Source: Eledone cirrhosa
Taxonomy: Eukaryota
Assembly (NCBI GenBank): GCA_964016885.1
Contig: OZ024742.1
Location: 48,484,001 to 48,548,000, forward strand
Length of the DNA stretch: 64,000 nt
Direction: 5' to 3'
The notes below the pieces were generated by a model. That model made no database searches, was not told the DNA's origin, and was given only the letters and a program-made list of their open reading frames with translations. Shown piece by piece: positions 1 to 13,108 of the stretch (its first letter is position 1; every line of letters begins with the position of its first letter). The position numbers were made by a program, and so were the translations under genes.

Positions 1-2004
1 AGCAACAGTGACAAGGAAAACAACAGTAGCAGCCACAACAGCATCAGCAGCAGCATAAACAACAACAGCAGCAGCAACAACAACCACAGCAACAGCGGTG
101 GCGGCAGTAGTCGTAGTACCTGCAGCAACAACAAAAGTAACAGCAGCTCTGACGACAACAACAACAGCAACAACAGCAGCAAAGAAAAACCAATCTCATT
201 TTCAGGTATCGCAAAGAACCTGGAAACCATCCTCATAACAAATGAGGAATTAGAGGAAGCGAAGAAGATGGTGACGAAAATCGGACACCGAGCAATCTGC
301 AAGGCAGCCGAAACATTTTTTCGAAACCCAACAGCACTGTACGGTCACGTACCGTACAATAAGCACAACATCCCGTAGGGTTGAAAGAGCCACAGAGGCT
401 CAAAAACAAAAAAGCCTTAGGGTCTGTGTGGCATCGGAAAACGCACATCACCCGAGGCAAGAAATATGCCACCGTAGACGTGCTTTTTGCAACACCCCAG
501 GAGGCAAAGGCTCAATCCTTAGTGACACTAACGAGCGAGGAAATGGTGTTGGTGCCCTCCTACTGCGGCCTTCTGCAACGAGAACACCCTGAGAAAGGAG
601 AAAACCCCCCTCCTTCCGAAACCGGCTCCACGGCTACCAGCAACAGGACAAGCGGCAACCAGGAACGATAGGTTCGTGGCACCCATACCCACGCCACGGA
701 AATCAAAAACAGCGGCAGCAGTGGAAGTATTAACAACAAAAACAGCAATACCAAATGCAGCTGCAACAAAGACTCCAGTGCAAACATCACCAACAACAAG
801 TGAAAGAGTGGAGCTGGTACCCCTCCCCGACCTCACAGAATCAGACATGGAGTGTTAGGTGGGAGAGGGATGGCAAAAGGTCGTAAGAAAGCACAAACGC
901 AGAAGCAGCGCATCGTCGCCTTCGAAAAGGGAGGAGAGAAATTAAAAAAGGGTAAAGGCTACTGCAAAGAGACTCACAGCAGCAACAACACCAACACCAT
1001 CACCACCCACACTAGCACCACCATCACCACCGGCGACAACCCTACCGCCAACAACAACAACAACAACTTCAACACCACCACCACAAGCACCAACATCGCA
1101 AACACAACAACAAAACACACACACCCAGCAACAACGACAAGAAAATAGCAGAACCACACCCCACCCCCAGAAAAATAAATGCACGGCAATAAATACACAC
1201 AACAAGAAACTAATGACTTACATAATTGAACACACAGACATTTCACAACACGACTACATAATACCAGCACCAATCAAAACGCCAACTAACATAAGACTGC
1301 TAAAAATAGCACAGAAACAATACACAAACATTAAAACGAAATTCCCCAACGCAGTTGGTGATTTCAGAGACCTAGGAGGGACATTCAACCGAAGAGTATA
1401 TTCGGACACACTCATAGAAGAGCCGACGACCAGCCGAAGGGACGATTCAACGGTCCCTTCACCAGACGATCAAGTGAAAAGGGATGGAAAAACCATCCTT
1501 CCTCTACGAAAAGTAAGGTAAGTGGTCTTTGCCATCTTTTCCGCTCTATTTTAAACATGACCTCACTCAGAATAGGCAGCATAAATGCGCGTGGCTTGGG
1601 GTCGTCAGGGAAGCAGGGTCACCTGCTGAACGACCTCAGGTCACTAAACATAGATGTAGTGGCCATCAGCGAGACCAGAATCTCCGAAGCACGGGCCTTC
1701 GCACCGATCTTCGGCGGCTACGATGTGTACGCAGCTCTCAGCCGTCCAGGATCGGGGGGAGGATTTGTTTTGCTTTTTCGGAGAGGTTTGGATCTCGCCA
1801 TACGGGCCATCTTCCTGGACCCAGAGCGTAAGTTGATGGTGCTGGACGTGACCAGCGGAGACGGGCAAGCTTTCAGGCTAGTGGCCGTCTATGACCCGAC
1901 AGGAGCAGGGCGGCCTGATTTCTTCTGACGTCTGGAGACCTTTCTTGGAACGTCCTGCTCTTTAGTGTTAGTGGTCGACTGAAACGGGATCTTAGATGCA
2001 CGCT
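1..2004 (+). mobile_element. Tx1/L1-type non-LTR retrotransposon copy A: decayed ORF1 plus start of ORF2 (AP endonuclease), 3'-truncated
   Basis: ORF 1557-1928 begins MTSLRIGSINARGL...DVVAISET...RLVAVYDP (APE signature) and closely matches 8032-8400. ORF1 fragments (LVPSYCG, LPDLTESDMEC) match 6729-7508. Homology to copy B stops at about 2004. Confidence 0.85.
1557..2004 (+). pseudogene. AP-endonuclease domain of LINE ORF2 with premature stops
   Basis: N-terminal xNxxG and xxET motifs; stop at 1926-1928 and truncation after the GDWN-equivalent region. Confidence 0.8.
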
Positions 2005-5000
2005 TGTCCACAACCACCAGGTCAGGTCTATTGTGTTCAAGTTTCTTGTCCGTCTGTATCCTAAAATCCCAGAGCACCTTCACCTGATCGTTCTCCATCA
2101 CCGCCTCTGGCTTATGCTCATACCATTTTTCAGAATATGGTAAATTGTTTACTTTGCACAGGTGCCAGTGGATCACCCTGCCCATCACATTATATCCCCA
2201 GCCCTTATAGTGGGTCTGGGCTAGGTGTTTACACTCGGATACAATGTTGGCTACAGTCTCCTCTCTCTCTCCACAGATCCTGCACAGTGGGCTAGCCTCC
2301 TCCTTGTAAACATGGTGTTTCAACCACTTCGTTTTGAGGGCCTGCTCCTGCGCAGCCATTAACATTCCTTCTGTAGCCTTTTTAAGGTCTCCTCTTCTTA
2401 ACCAGTTCCATGTCTGTGGATCTCTAAATTCAGTTTTCTCAAAGAAGGTACTATGAAGGGATTTTTCCTGAAGGCTGCTCTTTCTCCTTGATGTTATTTC
2501 CTCCTTGGACATCCCCTGGCCTATTGTCCTCTCCTTCAGTACAGTTCTGAGCATTGGCTCCTTACCATCAGTCACGTATTTGTGTAGGTTGTTTTTCTCC
2601 ATCTGAACACAGTCCTCTATGCTGATAAGACCTCTTCCACCCTCAGATCTCCTTAGGTAGAGTCTATCGACATCACTCCTCTTGTGGAACATATTGTAGA
2701 TAGTCAATAGCTTCCTAGTCTTCCTATCCATTTCTTTTTGTTCAGCAACATTCCATCTCAGAATTCCCGCACTGTACCTAATAATAGACACAGCTCGGGA
2801 ATGTACTGCACTTATGGCATTCCTACTGTTCAGATGTGACTTTAATACGCTCCTTACTCTCCGAAGGTATTCAGTTCTTATCAATTCCTTCATTTTTTTT
2901 GTTCTTTATGCCATCAGCCTCCAGAACGCCCAAATACTTGTATCCTTCCTCAGAGTCAATTTCCTTTATCATCTCACCTGTTGGTATCTGGATTCCGTTA
3001 CTTCTGCTCAACCTACCCCTCCTCATCACAATGACTCCACACTTACCAATACCAAACTGCATACATATATCACTACTGAAAATGCGGACAGTGTCAACAA
3101 GCACATCCAACTCCTTCTCACTTTTCCCGAAGAGCTTAAGATCGTCCATGAAGAGGAGGTGATTGATGGTAAGCTCTCCCTTTCCCAACTTGTATCCTGC
3201 TCTCACTTTTCGCAGCATAATGGACAAGGGCATCAGGGCAAGGACAAACAACAGAGGGGACAGGCTATCTCCCTGGAAGATACCTCTCTTGATCTTCACG
3301 CTTCCCAATGATTCTCCAGTTGATGTCAACTCTGTCTCCCAGGACCTCATACTCCTGCCCAGCAACTGTCTGATGTTATCTGCCACCTTGAAGATCTCCA
3401 GGCTTTTGGTGATCCAAGAGTGAGGCACCATGTCAAATGCCTTTCTGTAGTCTATCCATCCCATGGCAAAACCAGTGTGTCTCCTCTTGCAATTCCTCAT
3501 TACCATCTTATCAATAAGTAACTGGTCCTTTGTACCACGTGACTTCTTTCGGCATCCTTTCTGTTCGTCCGGTAACAAGTTGTTTGTGTGGAGGTGATGG
3601 TAGATTTCCTCAGACACAATGCTCGTCAACAGTTTCCACATTACGGACAGACATGTGATAGGTCTATAGTTGGTAACATCATTACCCTTGATTCGGTCTT
3701 TCATTATCAGAACTGTGGTAGCTTGTGTCAACCACTCTGGCACCTCACCCGACACCAAGCAGTCATTGAACATGGCCGTCAGTGTCGGGTGAAGGGATGT
3801 TAAATTGTTAATCCAATACCCCTGCACACCATCTGGGCCTGGTGATTTCCAGTTGGTTAGTTTTTTTGCCTGCCCCTTAAGAGTTTCAACTGTGATACTC
3901 AAATCAGTTTGTTGGTGTGCCTGCTCACCGATCTCCCTCTGTACTGTCTCAATCCACTCTGCCTGGTCATTATGTCTAACATCCTGTTCCCATATTCCTC
4001 TCCAGAATGTTTAAGTTTGTTCCGCCCCAGGGATCAAGTCGTTGCCTCTTCCTTTCCCCTCAATTGTCCAAACAGCATGTTCTGGTTGTTGTCGAACATG
4101 CGGTTCTGTTTATACTGACTGACTCTGTTCGCGTATCGCCTGATTTTTGCACTCTTTGCTACAATGCGTTGCTTTAGTGCCTATGTTTTTTAGTGTCCCA
4201 TTCTGTAGTGACTCAAGCTTTCCTATGTCCTTTCTCATTTCCTTGATTTGACCACTTAGTCGTTTCTTCCACCAAGGCTCTGCTCTTTCTTGTCTGTTGT
4301 TTCCTCTCGCCTTTATACCAAGTAGTTTCCTCACCGTATTTGATGTTGCTTTGAGGATATTGTTGCACTGGTGAAGGCTCCTCGCCTCAAGGTATGGGAT
4401 GACTTTGTTTACCTTAGCTGTTGTTTCTTTTAACTTTTTCCTGTCTACAAATCTTAGGTTCATAGGTCTCCCACTATCATTGTTCAATTCATCTACCACT
4501 AAATTTAGGATGTCAACCGAATCTTGTCCCAGCCCGTCAGCATTCATCTCCTCAGTGGCCGTATCTCTGTTCCAGGTATTATTTATCTCAGTGTTCAGAT
4601 CATTGTCTGCTTCGTGTGGTTCCTCCGTTCTCTCCACCTCTACACCTTCATTTCCCACTGGCTCGTTTGTCTGGCATACTACACACTCCATCTCCAAGAT
4701 ATTCTCTCTGCTCAGTTCCTCCAGTTCCAGCTCGCTTATCCACCCATTAGTTCGTATTACCCGAGCCTGCACGGCCAATTTTTATTCATCTAATTTAAAT
4801 AGACCAATCTCGTTCCAGATGTTATGCATCCGTCTCCTATAGCCCCTCTCCTTGGGGTTACTTTTCAGGTAACATTGCATAACAGTTCTATTCAATTCTT
4901 TCGTCCAGTTGGTTCTGGCCCCTTTCCTTCTTCTTCTTCCTCCAACACCAGCAGTATTTGGTTGACAGTCAGGTTCCTGCTGCTGAGCCAGGGGGCACCT

Positions 5001-5230
5001 GTTGGGTGAGAGTCTGTCACATGACGTTCTAGTCTCCATTTCACCGTTATTCGGACTGTTTAGGTTCGATATTTAAACACTCTTATCGAGGATTGGTGAA
5101 TGTATGGTTTCATAGCCATCTGTGGATTCACCGTTTCCGGTGGTTGCGCCGTTCCATTTGGCACTTGTGTGGAATTATCACCACGCTGTAGACGAACACA
5201 AATAAACAAACAAACACGCAGGCATAAAAA
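2005..5230 (-). mobile_element. R4/Dong-clade non-LTR retrotransposon (RT + CCHC + restriction-like endonuclease), frameshifted and 3'-truncated
   Basis: Minus-strand ORFs 4782-5039, 4110-4778, 2871-3902 and 1889-2893 carry SPGPDG, NYRPITCL, EQKGC, WIDYRKAFDMVPH, IFQGDSLSPLLF, HLLFMDDLKL, YKYLG, CRIC...ETVANIVSEC and HNRPDLVVVDK. The 5' boundary is approximate. Confidence 0.85.
2871..3902 (-). pseudogene. Reverse transcriptase domain of the R4/Dong-like element
   Basis: 343-aa ORF with the core non-LTR RT motifs (FMDD catalytic motif); frameshifted at both ends. Confidence 0.9.
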
Positions 5231-5775
5231 ACCCCCAAAATGAATAAGCATAAGTTTCATTGTAATGTAGTGTTCGAATGTCTGACTTAGTTTTTCCCCT
5301 CTCTTCTCTGCCCGTCCGCTTGTTTCTCTCTTCATTCTTATTTTCTTTACGATTTTTTTTTGTTTTTTGTTTTTGTTTTTCTCTGTTTGTTTTTCTCGTT
5401 TTTTGCTGTTGTTGCTGTGCTGTTTTGGTTTTGATGTTTGTTTTTTCTTTTTTTCTTTTGAGTCTATCTATATATTTTGATGCCTTCCTCTTTTTTAGTA
5501 GGAATTCTATAATGTGGTGGCAGCAACTAGCAGAAGCAATGGGAGACAGCAGCGGCGGTAGCGATACTGAGACAGTAGTGGTGGTGATGTCGATACCGAG
5601 GCAGTGGTGGTGGTGATGTGATCGTATTACTGTAGTGATGGTGTTGTAGCGGTGGTAGCAATGAAGGAGTGTTGGCGGCGGTGATTGTGGGATAGCGGTA
5701 GTAATGATGGCCGTTATCTGGCTGTTGTGTTTAGTGTACGCAGAGAGGTGATGTGTACGCAGAGAGGTGATGGGG

Positions 5776-5776
<1 letters not shown>

Positions 5777-5829
<53 letters not shown>

Positions 5830-5838
5830 ATTATTATT
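5777..5838. repeat. (TTA)n microsatellite on the 5' side of Tx1 copy B
   Basis: Read directly from the sequence. Confidence 0.95.
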
Positions 5839-8800
5839 GGCGACCTACGTAGTAAATCGTATCATCGTGAGCTCCGCAAAAGTTTGTTATTTTCAGTTGT
5901 TTAAAATTGCCATTCATGGAATATTTTTATTGTTAACTGTATATAAGTGCATATACATTGTTATCTGAAAAGGACACCCAAAAAGATTGGGGCCTTGAGC
6001 CCAAAATTTAAACTTTTATAATTATCAGACAAAAATTTTTCTTTGGAAAATCATGGTTGACTCAGAGTCACTCCTTTCTCACAAATTAACACATCACACC
6101 GACACCACCATTGTAAATATTACTACGTTTGCCAATACTAAAAATATAAGCAGTAGCAATATTTTAAATTTGTCTCATCAGACATTCATTTCTCGCTATT
6201 ACCAATGACTGCAGGTGTTAAAGCCGCCACCACCACCACCACCGATCCCACCACCACCCCTACCACCCCCGCGACAACAGAAACAAAAGAAAAAAATAAA
6301 TTAACTCGTGATATCGAAATGAATTCAACCAAAATGAACTCTTCCACACCGAACACCACTGACGCCACCACCACCACAACTGAAACTAAAATTAATAATA
6401 ACAAAAATAACGATAACAACAACAGCAACAATGACATTAAGAAAACCACACTGAGTTTTGCCAGAGTAGCAAAACAGTGTGAAACATTTCAGGTAACACA
6501 CGAGGAATTAGAAGAAGCCAAAAAAATGGTAAAGAAAGAGGGGTACAGGATCAGCCTCACCCCCTCACCTAATAAAATAGAGCATCGGCGGCTATGCACC
6601 GTTTATTATCAAACAATTAATATAAAATCGCGCCGAGTGGAACGGGCATCCGAGTCCCAAATCCAAAAAGCTTTGGGACATGTGTTGCCAAAAAAACCCA
6701 CATCAGAAGTGGGCAGAAGTATGGAACCGTGGACGTGTTCTTTGAAACAACACAGGAGGCTAGAGAACACTCCATGGCCCCATTAAGAAGTGACGACTTC
6801 ACACTCGTCCCAAGCTATTGTGGCCAGAGATTCGTAAAGATCAGGGTCACCCACATTCCACCGACCATCGAAATTCCCTGGCTAACAGCTGCCGTCCTCG
6901 CCGACATCGAAGCCAACACCAAGATAATCGAAATAGCTAAAGAAAAGCAGGAGAACTGGTCCGGATCTGGGATGGAGCTCCTGATCCAAGCGGACCAAAA
7001 AAGGATTGAGGAGATCACAGAGGTAATAGACCTCACTGACGGCAGCCACATCACCGTAATCGTCGAGGGCAGAAGGCCTAGGTGTGTCGTTTGTGGTGAA
7101 GGAACCCAACTAAGGGCTTTCTGCGCTCAGGTTAAAAGGTTGAGACCACCTCTCCTACCCACCCCAGTGATTCAACCATCAACACCATCAACACCACCAG
7201 CAGCAGAGATGGCAGCAACAACAGAAGCAACTGTAACAGCAACAACCCCAGCAACAGTAGCAAAACCAACACCACCACCACCACCCAACGCGCCAGAACT
7301 AGCACCAGCGCCTACACCATCCACCACGCCACAACCAAAACTAACGCCTGTGGAGGATTTTCCACTCCCCGGCCTATCACAACTGGAGACAGATTGTGAC
7401 GACGAGGAGTGGGAAACGGTATCAGGAAAAAAGAAAAAAAGAAATCCCAAAAGAAAAAAATTATCTTCCTTCCCCCTCCAAAAACAAAATACAGAGGGAA
7501 ACAAATAAACTATCAAACAAAAAAGTTAGGACAGATATGCCACCATCCACACAAGCATCACCAACCCCATCACCCCAAACACCAACACCATCACCATCAT
7601 TAACCCCAACACCACCATCACCTTCACCACACAAGTCACCAAAAAGCGAAACAGAAACAAACCCACAACAAACACAAACAAAACAAAACAACCAAAACGA
7701 TACACACTACACAGCATTAAATTTGAACAACAACCAATTATTACAATACATCCAACACAACACCAGCATCACAGAAAAATACTACACAACAACACAAAGA
7801 TCACACCACCTCCACACATACATATCACTCGCATCACACAGAAAACGTACATGACACTAAAACAAAAATTTCCCAAAGACATCGGAGACTTCCGACAAGC
7901 ACTCTCCAGGAGGATTTATAAGGATATCCTTCCTGAGGAGGCCACAAGCAGTGAAAAGGATGGAGAAACCGTCCCTCCTCTCCGAGAAATAAGGTAAGTG
8001 GTCTTTCCCATCTTTTCCACTCCATTTCAACATGACATCACTCAGAATAGGCAGCTTAAATGCGCGTGGTTTGGGGTTGTCATGGACGCAGGGCCACCTG
8101 CTCAACGACCTCAGGTCACTAAACATAGATGTAGTGGCCATCAGCGAGACCAGGATCTCCGAAGCACGGGCCTTCGCGCCGATCTTCGGCAGCTACGATG
8201 TGTACGCATCTCCCAGCCGTCCGGGATCGGGGGGAGTAGTTGCTGTGCTTTTTCGGAGAGGTTTGGATCTCGCCATACGGAGAATCTTCCTGGACCCAGA
8301 AGATAAGTTGGTGGTGCTGGACGTGACCAGCGGAGACCGGCAAGCTTTCAGGCTAGTGGCCGTCTATGCCCCGATAGGAGGAGGGCGGCCTCATTTATTC
8401 CAGCGTCTGAAGACCTTTCTTGGAACGTCCCGCTCTTTAGTGTTAGTGGGCGACTGGAACGGGATCTTAGATGCATGCTGGGACTGTGTGGGATTAGCGA
8501 ATAGGGAGGAGGGTGCAAGAGTCTCACCAACCTGGTCAGGCGTTTTGAACTGTCTGACAGGTACCGATTGGATTTCCCGAATGTGCCAATGTGGACTTGG
8601 ACAAATCGCATAGGGTCATTCAGATCTCATCTAGATAGAGTATTTTGTAGGGAAATAGATAGGTCTAGCATAGGCTGTCCACAGTTCAAGATAGTCAGCT
8701 ACACGGACCACAAATTCGTGATCTGTATGCTTGACTTAGATAGGCTTCATAGACGAGGAACCGGCTCTGCAAGCTAAACGGTTCCTTACCAGCGCGCAAG

Positions 8801-11623
8801 TCCTAAGGAGACCGGATTAGCGAACTAGTCAAGCGGGCGTTGCCGGGGTCATCCGTCAACAACAAGTGGTGGTTTGCTCTAAATAGAGCAATTAGAATAG
8901 AGTCCATTAGGTTTAGTAACGCTTTAGCAATAGAGAACAATAGAGCAGAGGGAGAATTAGTTAGAACATTAGACGAGGCGCTTAGCAAAGGCATCGCGAC
9001 CGACGTACTTGCGGCCAAATTGGTCCTTGACCAATTCTTCAATGCAAAGCACGAAGGCTGCGTTGTCAGAGCTAGGGCGCGTGCTCTCAGACACGAGGAG
9101 ACGAAAGCCGTTCAATGGGTCCAGTGGCCGAGGTGCGTCGTGGCCACAAATCCACGATCCGGTCTTTGGTGGACCACGACGGGCGCATGCTACTCGATCC
9201 CGGGCAAATATGGGAAGCTTTTCAACGACACTTCGCCCAGCTGTTCGGGGGCAGCGGCGGGCCGAATCAAGGAATGAACTTTAGTGTCTACCTCGACGGA
9301 CTGCTGTGGCTCTCGGCCACTGAGCGGGAGTGTTGCGAAAAGTCGATAACAGCCGCTGAAGTACGGGAGGCAATGACTGGCTGCACAAGAGGTAATTCGC
9401 ATGGTTTGGATGGTTTGCCCTATGAACTTTACGTACAGATGCCAGATTGTTCGGAGGCCTCTTGGCGGACGTCTACTGCAACTGGCAACAGAACGGGAGA
9501 ATTCCCAGCTCTGTGAGCCGAGTAGCTGTGGCGCTGCTGAGAAAGGATCCGAACATGAGGGATAACATAGATAATTTCAGGCCCATAACCCTTCTAAACA
9601 CATAGTTCAAGATTTTGGCCAAGGTGCTAGCAAAGAGGTTGGCGCTTGTCGTTGGTGGTCTGGTGGGAGAGGCGCAGACATGCGCCATTCCCGACAGATC
9701 CATCCACGACAACCTCCACCTCATGCGATACATCGTAGAGAAGGTAGCTAGGGAACCTGGCACGGGTGGGTCCTTGATCAATCTAGATCAGTCGAAAGCT
9801 TTCGATAGAGTCGACCATCTCGTTAGCTAGCGGCAGTCCTGAGGGCGGCTGGCTCCGTGGTTAGAGTGAAAGGTCACCTTTCGGAACCGTTCAACATCAT
9901 GCGCTCGGTCCGCCAAGGATGTCCCCTCTCGTCCCTCTTGTACGTATTGACTCTCGAACCATTACTGCACAAACTGGAGAGGTTGAGGGGGGTACCGCGC
10001 GAACTAGGATGCGGAAGGTCCGTGTCAGCATATGCGGACAATTTCACCGTAGTGGTGTCGAACGCCAAACACATCGAGGCGATCGGCACTACACTAAGAG
10101 AATACGAAGCGGTGACAGGAGCAATGATCAACTAGGAAAAATCAGTGGGCTTGCAGCTCAGCACCTGGAGAGATAGGTCCATACCGTCCAACACTGTCGT
10201 CGGGCGCTAGTGGACGGACCGGTTAAATTGCTAGTGGTCTGGTTCAGTCCGGACCTCCAGACGGACAAACTGGGACGAGGTACGAGCAGGGTGGTTTCTC
10301 TCACCCAGAAATGGGCGGAGAGGAAGCTATCCCTGAAAGTTTGAGCGGAGGTGGCTAACGCGTATATCGCGTCCGTCATCTACTACCGCCTGACCGTCGT
10401 ACCTTGTCCTAAGCCCCGCCTGACTGCGCTGGAGCGTTTGTTATTTCGCTTTTTGTGGAAGGGATGCGCTCCGATGGTCAGGCGGTCCATCGGCTGTCAA
10501 CACCCGCTACGTGGAGGGCTGGGTATGCCGTGGCTGATGATGCGCAGACACGCGCTCAGGCTACGACATCTCCACCTCTTCCTCGACGGTGATCAGGTGT
10601 GGTCGCCGTTTGCTAGACACGTCTTTCCCCAGCTCGTCTACTTGACGGAGCTGCAGTCCTGGGTCAAGCGAAGACCGAGAGGGAGCGCTTGGAGACTGGA
10701 ATGTCTTCAGGCGCTTACAGCCCTCGACCAATCGAGCAATATGATCGGTGGAAACTCCACCTTGGCGTTCTATAGGGGATTAGTGGAGGGGAAGAGCCAC
10801 GACGTACTTGGAGAAACTCTAGGCGTCGACGAAAATCAACTAGCCAATCTCTTCGGAAGAACTTTTGGGCCGGGGCCTATGGACAACTTCCAGAAATCCC
10901 TGGCCTGGCAGTGCTACCGAGGAGCCTTGCTAGTTCGTGATAAACTCTACAGGCATGGAGGTGCCGTCAGCCGGGCATGTCCGAGATGCGCGCAGGGCGA
11001 CGAAACCGTCCTGCACGCACTCGTCCAGTGTCCGAGCATTGCTGACTTGTGGGTTTATGTCGAACACCTGCTGTCACGTGTAGGACGGATCCAGCTATCA
11101 GCTGAGTCCATCGTGAGGCTTTCCCCACCTGCTCCCTGTAGCTGGGAAGGGCAGGCAGTTTTTATCTGTCTGGTGTCCATTGCGAAAGAGATAGTATGGT
11201 GGACACGATTGAAGGGCTGCAGACGAGCACTTACCTATTCAGTGTAGCCCTGATTAACTTTTTCAAATTTCATTTGAAAACGAAAATCAGGGTAGAGAGG
11301 GAAGTGCTCTCTTCCCAGCATTTTGTTGAAAGATGGGTGAGAGAAGAAAGTATGGCCCGAGTATGTGTCTGTAAATTAAAGGTTGAAAACTAGGAGAGGG
11401 CACTTGCCCTGGTGGTCAGGGTCACTGTGGCCTTTTAATGGGCTTTCTCCACAAATGTCCCTCGGAAGTCTCCCCCCTATTGGGGAATTTTTCATTGTTA
11501 TTTTTTTATTACATCCTCTGTTTTTTTTTTACACGCGGAAATGTCCATTTCTACCGTCCTCTATTGTCCTGTACTGTCCTTAATTTCTACTTTATGTAAA
11601 CACTTGTGGTTAATAAAGAAAGC
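5839..11623 (+). mobile_element. Near full-length decayed Tx1/L1-type LINE copy B (ORF1, ORF2 APE-RT-zinc knuckle, 3' UTR)
   Basis: ORF1 pieces 6205-7508 with a degenerate knuckle (CVVCGEGTQLRAFC). ORF2 pieces 8032-11393: APE, GLDGLPYE, FRPITLLN, LDQSKAFDRVDH, SVRQGCPLS, AYADN, GGLGMP, CPRC...ETVLHALVQC. AATAAA at 11612, then an (ATT)n tail. The 5' limit is uncertain. Confidence 0.9.
8032..11393 (+). pseudogene. LINE ORF2 (APE + RT + C-terminal CCHC) with multiple frameshifts and stops
   Basis: Motif order is preserved across ORF-track fragments 8032-8613, 8568-8777, 8840-9277, 9115-9516, 9615-9830, 9857-10135, 10351-11247 and 11196-11393. Confidence 0.9.
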
Positions 11624-11639
11624 ATTATTATTATTATTA

Positions 11640-11677
<38 letters not shown>

Positions 11678-11700
11678 ATCACCATCATCATCATTATTAT
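11624..11700. repeat. (ATT)n/(ATC)n tail on the 3' side of Tx1 copy B
   Basis: Read directly from the sequence. Confidence 0.9.
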
Positions 11701-11989
11701 CATTTTCCCTCTGTTGCTAGCAATGTAATAGTGGTGCCAGCTGTCCACAACAAGTTTACTGGGGCCAAAGAAATTGCTCCCCTCTCTATTGATGAATCTA
11801 TGGCACATTGTGCGAGAGAAAGCGAACAATTAGCAAAAAACATTAAAAACTCCGGCATAATATAGCCAAAATAATGCATTGAGAGGTTTGCAAAAAATAC
11901 AACATAGAAACGCAATAACACTTGCTGCGACATTTTCTACAGCCGCAACCACGTGTAGTCTGCGTCTAACCCAGGTTTTGTTGTATTTC

Positions 11990-12410
11990 GGGCTGAGGAG
12001 TCCAAAGTCTCCAAGTATCGGTCGCTTTCCGACACGTGTGTGGTCCTGCCCTTGGCAGTGGAGACTTCTGGTATCCTTGGCCCTAGGGCTACCTCCCTAC
12101 TCATCTCCATAGGCGCTGAGCTGACCATCCACAGGTGTGATCCTCGCGGGATGGAATGGCTTTTCCTGCGCATCTCCCTTACCATCCTCCTGGAAAATGC
12201 CTTCTCCATTCTGTCCACTTGGGCTGTGGGGCGGCCAGCACATGGGACCCCATTTGCCCACCATGAAGAGAGATGGGGTGGGTGAAAGAGATGGGGGCGA
12301 TGATGGTGGGAGTTCGGCTTTTCCGTGTTCGGACATATTGCACCCGTCAAGTGTGTATTTTCATAGTTGTGACGAATATTGTGAATTTCTATTTATAAGT
12401 TACACATAAA
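11990..12410 (+). mobile_element. 3' fragment of a CRE-like RLE non-LTR element
   Basis: Peptide EESKVSKY...VLPLAVETSGILGP...DPRGMEWLFLRISLTILLENAFSIL resembles the C-terminus of CRE/R2-group RLE proteins (K.xKY, PxAVETxG, QRLSxxIxRGNA). Confidence 0.6.
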
Positions 12411-13108
12411 CCAAAACACGCAACTAACACGCTTTATGTGAGTACTTCGATCATACTTCTCTTGAATATTGCCGATCGGGGGATGGAGATCTTCAGATCA
12501 AAACCACAAACAAAATATAAAACAACCACCCTGATAATATAAAAAACAAGCAAACCCCCCAAATAGACTCTATCTGAATTTTGCGATACTCAAAACCATA
12601 ATGTTGCTGAACGAGGAATGGAAAAAGATCAATAAGAATGCGGATCGTGCAGGCGCTATTAGAACTGATCAACATTTCGAAGCAGAAATCGTGCCAATCG
12701 TCATTTGGAAACTAGGCACTGACCCTAAAAGTCTTACGTCTTTCAGCAAAATCTTGGGATATCTAACTCCATAGGCAGTGCCTATATTTCTACCATCACT
12801 GTATTTACTGAAAATTGCAGTTGTAACTGTTAAAGATAGGAGTGTAGCACAGATACTATAAATAGTCCGGGTTTATGTGATATATGACTATCATTAACCA
12901 GACGCTGCCGTTTTCTTACTAATAATATGTTGGTACTCTGTGTTATAAGGTAGCATACTGGTACGTAAAAATCTTATTGGTTTGAATAACGAACGCCCGA
13001 GGCAGCTCCCATTCTCTACGGTTATCTTCGTAGTATATATATAAAGATATTTATGTATGTATATACACGCGCGCACACACACACACACATATACATATAT
13101 ATATATAT

